Positions 49,699 through 58,732 of a DNA stretch of 64,000 bases are shown here, in pieces (positions within the stretch are counted from its first letter, which is position 1; every line of letters starts with the position of its first letter). Location of the stretch: NCBI GenBank assembly GCA_947177445.1, contig CAMWUL010000004.1, positions 16,664 through 80,663 of the forward strand, written 5' to 3'. Under the pieces are notes generated by a model. It had not been told where the DNA came from. It searched no databases and was given only the letters and a program-made list of their open reading frames with translations. The position numbers and the translations under genes were made by a program. The stretch comes from an uncultured Lachnospiraceae bacterium (GTDB lineage: Bacteria > Bacillota > Clostridia > Lachnospirales > Lachnospiraceae).

Positions 49699-50750
49699 GT
49701 TTCCATGCTTTTCTAAAGGATAAATCACTCCTTCTGATCCTGCATTTTTCCTGCATGTGCGTACTGGCAGGTTTTCTGCAGGTCACAGGCTACAGGTCCT
49801 TTAATATTATTTTAATCCTTGCTGTCTGGCTGATTATTTTGTGCTGTTGGATCATCGTCCTCTACCGGAGCCGGAAAAAATATTTCCACACTGCCGGGCA
49901 GATTCTGGAGCAGGTGGATCAGAGGTATCTTTTGGGCGAATTGCTTCCCGACTCATACCGCCTGGAGGATCGGCTTTACCGGGACATGATACGGCGGTCA
50001 AACAAATCCGTAATCGAGCAGCTCCGTCGGGTGGAGCAGGACAGACGCAGCTATAAGGAATATATTGAAGGCTGGGTTCATGAAATCAAAGCGCCTATCA
50101 CAGGTATTTCCCTGGTCTGCGAAAACGGAAGGAAAACATCCTCTTTCCTGGAAAAAGAGGCTTTCCGCACCTTAAGCATAGAAAACCAGAAAATTGAAAA
50201 TTATGTGGATATGGTGCTCTATTATGCCCGTTCCGAGGAAGTTTACAAGGATTATCTGATCCGGGAAACGGATCTGGGCGACGTGGCGGCCCAGGTGCTG
50301 GAAAAAAACTGTCTGATACTGATCCAAAAACACATACGGGCCGAAGTAAACTGCACGCATACCGTCTTTACAGACCAAAAGTGGATTGCCTTCATTTTAA
50401 ATCAGATGATTCTGAACAGCGCCAAATACTGCTGTGACACGCCGGTACTGCAAATTTATACGGAGCACAAGTGCAATGGCGTAGTTCTGACGCTGGAGGA
50501 CAACGGAACCGGTATCCGTCCCCAGGATCTGCCCCGGATCTTTGAGAAGGGCTTTACCGGAGCGGGCGGAAGAGATCATGAGCGGGCCACGGGAATGGGG
50601 CTGTATTTATGCCGCAGGCTCTGCCAACGACTGGGGATCGGCATCAGTGCCGACTCCTGCCCGGGAAAATGGACGAAGCTGAGTCTGGAGTTTCCCGTCA
50701 GCAGCTTTATTACCGGAGGGGAGCCGTTATCTTTCGAAAATGTAAGATAA
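49695..50750 (+). CDS. Intramembrane-sensing histidine kinase (BceS-like)
   Basis: Two TM helices with a short loop, WVHEIKAP, NSAKY, DNGTGI, FEKGFTG, TGMGLY. Confidence 0.95.
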   Translation: MSFHAFLKDKSLLLILHFSCMCVLAGFLQVTGYRSFNIILILAVWLIILCCWIIVLYRSRKKYFHTAGQILEQVDQRYLLGELLPDSYRLEDRLYRDMIRRSNKSVIEQLRRVEQDRRSYKEYIEGWVHEIKAPITGISLVCENGRKTSSFLEKEAFRTLSIENQKIENYVDMVLYYARSEEVYKDYLIRETDLGDVAAQVLEKNCLILIQKHIRAEVNCTHTVFTDQKWIAFILNQMILNSAKYCCDTPVLQIYTEHKCNGVVLTLEDNGTGIRPQDLPRIFEKGFTGAGGRDHERATGMGLYLCRRLCQRLGIGISADSCPGKWTKLSLEFPVSSFITGGEPLSFENVR

Positions 50751-50835
50751 CCTTAATCTATTTCTATAGATATTCCTTCCACAGGCAGATAGAATTGCAT
50801 TATACGAACTCAAATATGGCCGCGGGAGACGCGGC

Positions 50836-51615
50836 ATGGAGGTTAAAATGAAGGATTCTATCAGAGTATGTGATGTGGAAAAGTACTACGGAAGCGCATC
50901 AAATGTGACGAAGGCCGTGGACCGGGTAAGCTTCCAGGTGGAAAAAGGAGAATTTGTAGGCGTCATGGGCGCCTCCGGTTCCGGTAAAACCACGCTTCTT
51001 AACATGCTGGCAACCATTGACCGGGTGACGTCGGGACATATTTTTTACGGAGATACGGATATTACAGAGCTGTCAGAGGATGATCTATCGGAATTCCGCA
51101 AGGAAAATCTGGGCTTTGTATTCCAGGAATACAATCTCCTGGATACTTTGACCATTGAGGAAAATATTCTGCTGGCTCTTACCCTGCGGCGCGGCAGCAA
51201 AAAGTCCATGCAGAAATCCTGCGACGAAATGTTAAAGCTGCTGGCCATCGAAGATATCCGGGGAAAGTTTCCCTATCAGGTATCCGGCGGGCAGAAGCAG
51301 CGCTGTGCCTGTGCCAGAGCCATGATCGGCAGGCCTAAGCTTCTGCTGGCCGACGAACCTACGGGAGCCCTGGATTCTCTGTCCGCCCAGACTCTTCTGG
51401 AAACCTTTACCGACCTGAACCGGACCATGGAGGCTACCATTCTCATGGTAACCCACGACGCCTTTTCCGCCAGCTACTGCAGCCGTATCCTGTTTTTGAA
51501 GGACGGAAAAATTTTTCATGAGCTGGTGCGGGGGAAAACTCCCAGGAATAAATTTCTGCAGGAAATCCTGGATGTATTGTCTCTGACGGGAGGTGAACTA
51601 TCTCATGCTCGCTAA
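50836..51615 (+). CDS. ABC ATP-binding protein (BceA-like)
   Basis: [37 protein letters not shown]. Confidence 0.93.
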   Translation: MEVKMKDSIRVCDVEKYYGSASNVTKAVDRVSFQVEKGEFVGVMGASGSGKTTLLNMLATIDRVTSGHIFYGDTDITELSEDDLSEFRKENLGFVFQEYNLLDTLTIEENILLALTLRRGSKKSMQKSCDEMLKLLAIEDIRGKFPYQVSGGQKQRCACARAMIGRPKLLLADEPTGALDSLSAQTLLETFTDLNRTMEATILMVTHDAFSASYCSRILFLKDGKIFHELVRGKTPRNKFLQEILDVLSLTGGELSHAR

Positions 51616-53671
51616 GCTCAGCATTCGCAATATGAAACGCTCCTCCAGAGATTATCTGGTCTACGTAGTCACTATGACCATTGTGACCGCCTTAATGTAT
51701 GCTTTTAACAGCCTGATTTTTGAAGACACTCTTCAGAGACAGTTTGAGGTGCCTCCTGTCATGCCTGTCATGCTGGGGCTTGCCACCTTTTTTATTGTCC
51801 TGATCGTAGCATGGCTGATCAATTACATGGTACGCTTTATGCTGGAAATGCGAAGCGCAGAATTCGGCATCTATCTTCTGCTGGGCATGAAGAAAAAACA
51901 GCTTTCCCGGCTCTACATGCGGGAAAATGTGCTGTTGGGCGGCGTCTCCTTCCTTTTCGGCCTCCTGTCAGGCGCGCTGCTTCGGCAGATTCTTCTGGCA
52001 ATCCTGTTTGCCATGATCCATATGAGCTTTGGGATAAGCTTTTCCTATAACCTTCCCACACTGCTTATGACCATTCTGTGCTATGGAGGCTGTTATCTGC
52101 TGGCCCTGCTTCGGTGCGGACGGAAATTTCGAAAAATGAACATCCGCGACCTGATGGACGCCCGGCGGAAAAATGAGGAGATTCGGGAACGCCACGAAAG
52201 CGGGAAACGGATTCTGCTTCCGGTATCCGTTCTGTTTCTGCTTCTCTTCTGGACGTTGTTCGGAAAGCTGTCAGATGCCCTTCAGATCCTCCTTTTTCTG
52301 ATCGGCCTGGTTCTGACCATCTATCTTTTTTATGTGGGCATATCCGCCTGGATCATTTGTTATATCCGCAAAAAGGGCGTGCTGGTGTACCGCGGGCAGA
52401 ACCTTTTTCTGCTTCGGCAGTTCGCGTCAAAGGTGCGGACCATGCAGTTTACCATGGGTACTCTTACCGCACTTTTTACTCTGGCGCTGATGGGATCTTC
52501 CATTGCCCTGATGTTCAGCGATTTTGAAAACACCGTGCTGGAGGACAAATTTCCCTTTGATGTGCTGATCTACAGCCCGGATGCCGCGGACAGCTTTTCG
52601 GATGATCTGGATATTCTCAGGTCCAATGTTCAAATAAAAGACCTGCATCTCTATCGGATCTATACCAGTCAGGAAAATCAGGTAAACACCTGGATGCTGA
52701 CACATCTGCGGGACTGGGGGCGGGAATATGTTCTTGCGGACGGCAGTCCTGACACAGAAAAAATCTCCCGGGAACTGGAGGATGGCGGCGCCTACTGTGC
52801 CTATGATACCTATATGGGACTTTCTGATTACAATTATCTGCGCCGTATGCTGGGTTATGAGACGGTTTCGCTGAATGATGATTCCTATCTTATCCAGATC
52901 AAGGCACGGCTGAAGGATCAGGTGATGGAAATCGGAAAGGACCTGCGGATTTCTGATCCGGAAGGCACAGGACTGCTTAACCTTGCAGGCATCTATTCGG
53001 AGCCCTTCTGCCAGGACGGCCATAACGGCGGCGATTATCTGATCATTGTACCGGACAAAGTACTGGATGCCCTGAAGCCCTACTACTCGGAGCTGGCCGC
53101 ATCCCTCCGGGAGGAAGCTCCCCCGGACCTGATGCAGCGGCTGGATGCCCTGTCCGAAAAAGAGAATCCTTTCGGGCATGTAAACATGACTTCAAAAGGA
53201 AACAGCTGCTGCGGATCAGACAATATGGTGGTATATGCATCAGTAAACCTGGTGCGGACTAATGTAATTCCGGAGGTGAAATACATCCTGGCTTCCATTA
53301 TTTTTCCGATGTTTTATATTGGCCTGGTGTTTGTGTGTGTGGCCGTGACGGTGCTTTCCGTACAGCAGCTCAGCGATTCCGCAAAATACCGGTTCCGCTA
53401 TGATGTGCTGAAAAAGCTTGGGCTGAACAGGGTACAGCGTTCAGGACTGATTTTCCGCCAGCTGGCCGCATATTATCTGTGTCCGGCAGTTCTGGCCATT
53501 ATCATCAGCGGTAAAATGATCCTGTACGCAAGCTATTACTTTGTGTTAAGCACTGGTGTCACAACACCCGCAGGCGGCTTTTTCGCCAGAAGCATTCTGT
53601 TGTTTTTCGGAATCTATCTGGTCTATTTTGCCGTCACATATATTGGATTTCAGAGAAATGTGGGGGAATGA
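51605..53671 (+). CDS. ABC permease (BceB-like)
   Basis: About 10 TM segments with a large extracellular loop; EFGIYLLLGM and YDVLKKLG. ATG at 51605 after GGAGG. Confidence 0.9.
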   Translation: MLAKLSIRNMKRSSRDYLVYVVTMTIVTALMYAFNSLIFEDTLQRQFEVPPVMPVMLGLATFFIVLIVAWLINYMVRFMLEMRSAEFGIYLLLGMKKKQLSRLYMRENVLLGGVSFLFGLLSGALLRQILLAILFAMIHMSFGISFSYNLPTLLMTILCYGGCYLLALLRCGRKFRKMNIRDLMDARRKNEEIRERHESGKRILLPVSVLFLLLFWTLFGKLSDALQILLFLIGLVLTIYLFYVGISAWIICYIRKKGVLVYRGQNLFLLRQFASKVRTMQFTMGTLTALFTLALMGSSIALMFSDFENTVLEDKFPFDVLIYSPDAADSFSDDLDILRSNVQIKDLHLYRIYTSQENQVNTWMLTHLRDWGREYVLADGSPDTEKISRELEDGGAYCAYDTYMGLSDYNYLRRMLGYETVSLNDDSYLIQIKARLKDQVMEIGKDLRISDPEGTGLLNLAGIYSEPFCQDGHNGGDYLIIVPDKVLDALKPYYSELAASLREEAPPDLMQRLDALSEKENPFGHVNMTSKGNSCCGSDNMVVYASVNLVRTNVIPEVKYILASIIFPMFYIGLVFVCVAVTVLSVQQLSDSAKYRFRYDVLKKLGLNRVQRSGLIFRQLAAYYLCPAVLAIIISGKMILYASYYFVLSTGVTTPAGGFFARSILLFFGIYLVYFAVTYIGFQRNVGE

Positions 53672-53877
53672 ACATCATTCCCTCTCGTTCCTTTCTTGCA
53701 ATTGTCTGGGAAGTCACTGCAATGACTTTATTCCCGGGCATGCTTACTAAATGATCAAGGATACAGCAGCGAATTGCATCACGTTCCAAAAGGGGCCCGG
53801 CAGAAACGGCACACGCTGCTGAATAGGCATAAAATATTCTAAATATAAATTTGTATATATCGAATATTCGATTTTTC

Positions 53878-53906
53878 TTGATTTGAAGAAAAAAATATCT
53901 TATAAT
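53878..53906 (+). promoter_or_regulatory. SigmaA promoter of the SAS islet
   Basis: TTGATT-N17-TATAAT; RBS AAAGGAG before ATG 53941. Confidence 0.75.
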
Positions 53907-53940
53907 GAAAAGACTATTTTTATATACAAAGGAGAATCCT

Positions 53941-54903
53941 ATGGAGTGGGATACATTTTGGGATACACTTCTAGATGAACACAAATTGCGGCACAAGGTT
54001 ATAGAACTTGATGCAGTTGATGCAGCAAAAGGGCATACGATAAATACAAAAGAAATTTGCCGCTGCATATATGATGATTACAGTTCCTGGCGAAATGAAT
54101 GTGAAAAGCAAAGAGCGGCCCTTTGGGAAATAATTCAAACTTTTCAAGGTGTACATTTGCACACTAGCAGAATTAAAACTCTGGAAAGCTTAATCGATAA
54201 AGTAATTCGTAAACGTCATGAATGGCTTGGAGATGACAATAGCAAATATGCTCAGATCAATGTTGAAAATTATAAAAATATTATTACAGATTTAGCCGGT
54301 TTGAGGATTATTATCAACTACCGGGGACATTGGCAGGACATCCATGATAATCTTTTAAAATTGTTTCCAATACTCCCGAATGTAATATATGAAAAGGATA
54401 AGCTTCTCAGCCATATTCCCGAACGTAATATTCAAGCCGAACTTCCAAAGGTATATTACGCCGAAGGTGATGACATTGAACAATATACCATTCGAGGATT
54501 AATACCAAATAGACACAAAATGAATTACCGAAGTATTCATTATACTTTGAGCTTTCAGGGTATATACATTGAAATCCAGGTAAGAACTATTTATGACGAG
54601 GCTTGGAGTGACTGTGATCACAATTACGTTTATAAAAAAGATGAGAATAAGAGTCATACCGCATTACAACAATTATCCGGTATTCTGTCAAAATTGACAA
54701 ACCTCTCCAATGATATTGGAGAACAGATGAAAGATATTTATGATACAGAATCTGTAATAGACAGTTGTCAAAATGGATGGAACACATCGAAAGAAGTCGT
54801 CACACAAGTTAATAATGCAATATGCCGGCTGAAAAAGGTCGAAATAGATTTGCAGCATTTCAAAAATAAATTGACAATCTGTGAACCGGAAACACTGATA
54901 TAG
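53941..54903 (+). CDS. RelA/SpoT-domain small alarmone synthetase (SAS)-like nucleotidyl/pyrophosphotransferase
   Basis: SRIKTLESLIDKVIRK, TDLAGLRII, YRSIHY, EIQVRT and WSDCDH all present; no hydrolase or TGS/ACT domain; AT-rich. Confidence 0.88.
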   Translation: MEWDTFWDTLLDEHKLRHKVIELDAVDAAKGHTINTKEICRCIYDDYSSWRNECEKQRAALWEIIQTFQGVHLHTSRIKTLESLIDKVIRKRHEWLGDDNSKYAQINVENYKNIITDLAGLRIIINYRGHWQDIHDNLLKLFPILPNVIYEKDKLLSHIPERNIQAELPKVYYAEGDDIEQYTIRGLIPNRHKMNYRSIHYTLSFQGIYIEIQVRTIYDEAWSDCDHNYVYKKDENKSHTALQQLSGILSKLTNLSNDIGEQMKDIYDTESVIDSCQNGWNTSKEVVTQVNNAICRLKKVEIDLQHFKNKLTICEPETLI

Positions 54904-54916
54904 GGAGGTGCGTAAT

Positions 54917-55120
54917 ATGGAGAAGTGTAAAACAAAAGGAGAACTTTTTGTAGAGGCTTTATTGCGTGGTGATTTCAAAAAAAATTACCGTCCTAATCAT
55001 GGTGAAAAAATTACCGATGGCCTGGAAAATATGTATCAATACAATTTTGAAAAATATTTAAGTTCATGTGGATGTTTTCTTATGGATCTGCGTTTTATAA
55101 AGGAGGACTATCATGGGTGA
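54917..55120 (+). CDS. Small hypothetical protein (67 aa)
   Basis: GGAGG RBS right after the SAS stop; overlaps the start of the next gene; same AT-rich composition. Confidence 0.65.
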   Translation: MEKCKTKGELFVEALLRGDFKKNYRPNHGEKITDGLENMYQYNFEKYLSSCGCFLMDLRFIKEDYHG

Positions 55121-55667
55121 AGCAGAAAATGGAATAAAATGCGACAATTATGTCTATCTGGTTAAAAAAGGAGATAATGAAAAAGCTATTAGTTCCCGAT
55201 TTGATTGGCTGCTGAATCTACTAAATACATTTATTCAAAAAAAGCATCTCGAAAATCAGGTTATCGTTTCCTGTGACATACTCAAGCATGTTATTATTGA
55301 TTATTTCGTAGATATTGACCGCCTAAAAGATTTTCAGGGAATAACAGATATACATTCCTCAAAGTTATATGCATACCTAAGTTTCTGGATCCTGAGGCAT
55401 AAACCATTGCAAATTATCCTTTCAGAGCATGAACCTGATCTTACGTTTATCAATGAAGAATTTGTAACATATCTGATTCGAAGTTATCTCTTTTCGGACC
55501 CAGAAAATGTTGCGCTCTTAGAGGGTAAAAAGGAAAGTGTGGATAACTTTGTTGCAACTATGCTATACTACTTTCAATACAGGGAGTATTCTGCCAAAAA
55601 CATTGAATTAATGCTTCTGGCTTTTCAGGCCGGATGCGCTTATCAGTATTCGGCAGATCATCAATAA
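55113..55667 (+). CDS. Hypothetical helical protein (184 aa)
   Basis: AAGGAGG RBS, coupled to the previous ORF, AT-rich; no family recognised with confidence. Confidence 0.8.
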   Translation: MGEAENGIKCDNYVYLVKKGDNEKAISSRFDWLLNLLNTFIQKKHLENQVIVSCDILKHVIIDYFVDIDRLKDFQGITDIHSSKLYAYLSFWILRHKPLQIILSEHEPDLTFINEEFVTYLIRSYLFSDPENVALLEGKKESVDNFVATMLYYFQYREYSAKNIELMLLAFQAGCAYQYSADHQ

Positions 55668-55669
55668 AA

Positions 55670-55757
55670 CCACCTGTGTGGTTGTAATCCGGCGGTTTGA
55701 CTGCATGCAATTTATTGCAGCACCGACGGGCTGTTGGATCGGCAACCGCACAGGTGG
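55670..55757 (+). other. Long G.U-rich stem-loop at the 3' end of the SAS operon
   Basis: 55670-55684 pairs with 55743-55757 and 55687-55699 pairs with 55727-55739; inner TGCAAT-TT-ATTGCA. Confidence 0.7.
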
Positions 55758-55772
55758 AAATATTTCATATTA

Positions 55773-57629
55773 TCAATTTCTCAGCGCCCTCACAATCTCC
55801 CAATACTCCGCCTCCAGCTTTTCCTTCTCCTCCAAAGAAGGCGCATGACCCATCAATCCGTTCAGGCGTGCCAGGCGCAGTTCCAGCCGCATTCGCTCTT
55901 CCCCAGCCACTCGCTCCTTTCTTACGGCTTCCTGATCCTTCCCGGAGACCTGCTTGGCCAGGCGCTTTTTCTCCTGTTCCCATTCCTCCAGACTCCCCGA
56001 AAACTTAATAATTTTCCTTTCCTCAATTATTAAAAGCTCCTGGGCCACATTCTGCACAAACCGACTGTCATGGGACACAAAGAGAACTGCTCCTTCGTAG
56101 GCGGTCAACTGCTTTTCCAGGGCCTGAATGGATGGCAGGTCCAGATAATTTGTAGGCTCATCCAAAAGCAATACGTTGGCATCAGACAGAAGAAGCATGG
56201 CAAAGCCCAGCCGCATCCGCTCTCCGCCGCTGAGAACCGCCGCCCTTTTGTTCCAGTCATCCGGCCCAAACAGAAGACCCGCCAGCATATTTTTGACCAC
56301 AGCCGGAAGCTGGACGCTGACTGCCAGAGCATTATCCAACACGGTTTTTTCCGGATTCAGCATCTTCAGGTTTTGCTCCAAAACCCCCAGCCGCACCCTG
56401 GGCGCAAGCTTGAGCATCTGAACTCTTGGTGTCCCAGCTTCCTCTGTCCCATCTGCAATTGTTCCTGCAGCCTTCTGCAAACACCTCAAAAGCGTTGTCT
56501 TTCCGGATCCATTAGGCCCCAGCAGCGCAGTCCTCTTCCGGTTGGAAAGAGTAAAGGATACGTTTTCAAAAATCACCCTTGTCCCGTAGGAAAAATCAAG
56601 CTCCTTCACCTCCAAAACCCTGCGGCTTTCCGGGGGATTTGTCCGGGCAAAATCCAGTCGAATGGACATCTCCTGACGGGGCCTTTCCTTTTTTTCCATA
56701 TGCTCTATTCGTTTTTTCACATTGTCCGCCGCCCGATTCATGCTTTTCTGCTTTCCGCTGCTGTTCCGTCCGGATACGGTGAGAAAGTCTCTCAGCCGGG
56801 CCTCCCTGGGGCTCATGCCTGCCGGAACCTTCCTCATCCGGGCCGCGCTCTCCCTCTTTTGGCGGTATACGGCTTCCAGCCTGCCCTTTTCCTGTTCGTA
56901 CTCCTCATAATCCTGCCAGGCCTTCTGCCGTTCCTCCTCCTTCTGAGCCTCATATTCGCTGTAATTTCCGGGATAGAGGCGGGCTTTTCCCCCGGCCACC
57001 TCCAGAATGGAAGTGCATACCTGATCCAGCAGCTGACGATCATGACTGATACATAAAAATGTCTCCACCCTCTGCATTTTCTCCGTCAGCATCCGGATCC
57101 CTTCCCGGTCCAGATTGGCTGTAGGTTCATCCAGCAGTAATATATGCCCCCTTGTGGAAAATACCTCCGCCAGCTTCCGCCGCATAAGCTCCCCGCCGCT
57201 GACGGCATCCTCGTTCCGGTCCGGCGCCTGCCAGATTTTATATTCTCCAGAATTTATCCTTTCCTCCGGAAATACCTGATCCTGCAGGCATACTTCCTTT
57301 TCCGGGAAGGCTTCTCCTCCATGGAATGTTTCTCCATAGAATGTTTCTTCATGGAGTGCTTCTTCTCCATGGAGTGCTTCTTCTCCATAAGATGCTTCTC
57401 TTCCATGCTCTCCAAACTGCCGGCAATAGGATATCCTTCCAAAACGCTTTATCCAGCCCTCCTCCGGTTCCAGCTCCCCTGCCAGCAAAGCAAACAGGGT
57501 ACTTTTTCCGGCTCCGTTTGCGCCGATAACGCCGATTCGATCTCCCGTATAGATTTTCAATTCTTCCACATCCAGAACAATTCTTTCTCCATAAATCTTT
57601 TTTATGTTTTCAGCCTGCAATAACAGCAT
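55773..57629 (-). CDS. ABC-F ribosome-associated ATPase, ARE (Vga/Msr/CplR-like) type
   Basis: Two NBDs (GANGAGKST/GPNGSGKTT, SGGE, LLLDEPT), no TM segments, extended linker with 'SPREARL'. ATG at 57629 after GGAGG. Confidence 0.88.
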   Translation of the reverse strand: MLLLQAENIKKIYGERIVLDVEELKIYTGDRIGVIGANGAGKSTLFALLAGELEPEEGWIKRFGRISYCRQFGEHGREASYGEEALHGEEALHEETFYGETFHGGEAFPEKEVCLQDQVFPEERINSGEYKIWQAPDRNEDAVSGGELMRRKLAEVFSTRGHILLLDEPTANLDREGIRMLTEKMQRVETFLCISHDRQLLDQVCTSILEVAGGKARLYPGNYSEYEAQKEEERQKAWQDYEEYEQEKGRLEAVYRQKRESAARMRKVPAGMSPREARLRDFLTVSGRNSSGKQKSMNRAADNVKKRIEHMEKKERPRQEMSIRLDFARTNPPESRRVLEVKELDFSYGTRVIFENVSFTLSNRKRTALLGPNGSGKTTLLRCLQKAAGTIADGTEEAGTPRVQMLKLAPRVRLGVLEQNLKMLNPEKTVLDNALAVSVQLPAVVKNMLAGLLFGPDDWNKRAAVLSGGERMRLGFAMLLLSDANVLLLDEPTNYLDLPSIQALEKQLTAYEGAVLFVSHDSRFVQNVAQELLIIEERKIIKFSGSLEEWEQEKKRLAKQVSGKDQEAVRKERVAGEERMRLELRLARLNGLMGHAPSLEEKEKLEAEYWEIVRALRN

Positions 57630-58032
57630 AAAAAAATCCCTCCATTCCTGCGCCTGCCCAAAGCTGCGGGCAAAAACACACATCTGGAGAGACTATCAGA
57701 GGGACAGTCTGTTTCTGTACTGATATGAACTATCTCGATAACTCGTACAAATCTACCGTCAGACAGCCATGGTGCATGCCCATAGCAGAAAACCACCTGT
57801 TGGCCGCCCTGCCCAGCCTGCGTCCGTCTGACGTCTCTCCAATTCTTTCCTGCAACAGATACACGAGCCGCCGCCAGCCTTTTCCGGCCGGTATACGCCT
57901 CTCCACTCCACAGGTATTGGTTTCTTTGTATCAGGTTATCGAATAATCATACCGTCACTCTACATGCGCTGAGCCGCGCATGCTCCTTTCCGTTTCTGTT
58001 TTCATATTAACATCTGTTTTTCTCTTATGCAA
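57630..58032 (-). promoter_or_regulatory. SigmaA promoter and long 5' leader with uORF (probable attenuator) of the ABC-F gene
   Basis: TTGCAT(58032-58027)-N17-TAATAT(58009-58004); uORF MIIR* at 57950-57936; ~370-nt structured leader. Confidence 0.6.
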
Positions 58033-58141
58033 GAATTTTATAGAAGAAATTTACATTATGAATTTTTTATAAAAACCATATAATTCCAAAAATATGTGGT
58101 ATACTCTATTCAACCTATAGAAAGAAAAGAGGATCATCATT

Positions 58142-58720
58142 ATGAAAAAGTTAGCAGTTATTCTTTTAGCATCCCTTACCATTTTTGCATTGACGGGCTG
58201 CGGCAGCGGAAAAGACCCAGACGCATCAAAGGAAGGCGAAACCTCCAAATACTCCGACGCTCTGGAAGTGATGAACGCCATTCTGGAGGTATATACCGAC
58301 GATCAGCGATTTGCCATCGCCGGCGGAGATTCTTCAAACATGACCGAGGACGCTCCGGGAAAATTTGATGTGAGCAAGACAGAGGAGCTGGATTATATGC
58401 TGGGTCTTCCGGCAGATCAGGCGGCAGTCATTGACGACGCGGCATCCATGATGCACATGATGAATGCAAATACTTTTACCGGAGCAGTGTACCATCTGAC
58501 GGAGGGTACCGATGTGACCGCTTTTGCCGATGCGGTAAAAGCCAATATTCTTGCCAGACAGTGGATGTGCGGTTTCCCGGATAAGCTGCTGATTATCAAT
58601 GTGGACGGCAGATATGTGATTACCGCCTTCGGTGAGGCCGAGATCATGGAAATTTTCAAGACCAATGCTCTGTCCGCCCTCAGTGACGCTCAGGTGATCA
58701 CCGAGGAGCCCATTCTTTGA
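58142..58720 (+). CDS. Lipoprotein associated with the MBOAT/DHHW operon
   Basis: Lipobox LTGC; MMNANTFTG...QWMCGFP. Confidence 0.75.
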   Translation: MKKLAVILLASLTIFALTGCGSGKDPDASKEGETSKYSDALEVMNAILEVYTDDQRFAIAGGDSSNMTEDAPGKFDVSKTEELDYMLGLPADQAAVIDDAASMMHMMNANTFTGAVYHLTEGTDVTAFADAVKANILARQWMCGFPDKLLIINVDGRYVITAFGEAEIMEIFKTNALSALSDAQVITEEPIL

Positions 58721-58732
58721 GGCCTTACCCTT

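Noticed and set aside
53830-55760. Prophage or ICE origin for the AT-rich islet
   Set aside because: No integrase, att-like direct repeats, or phage or conjugation genes are visible in the window.
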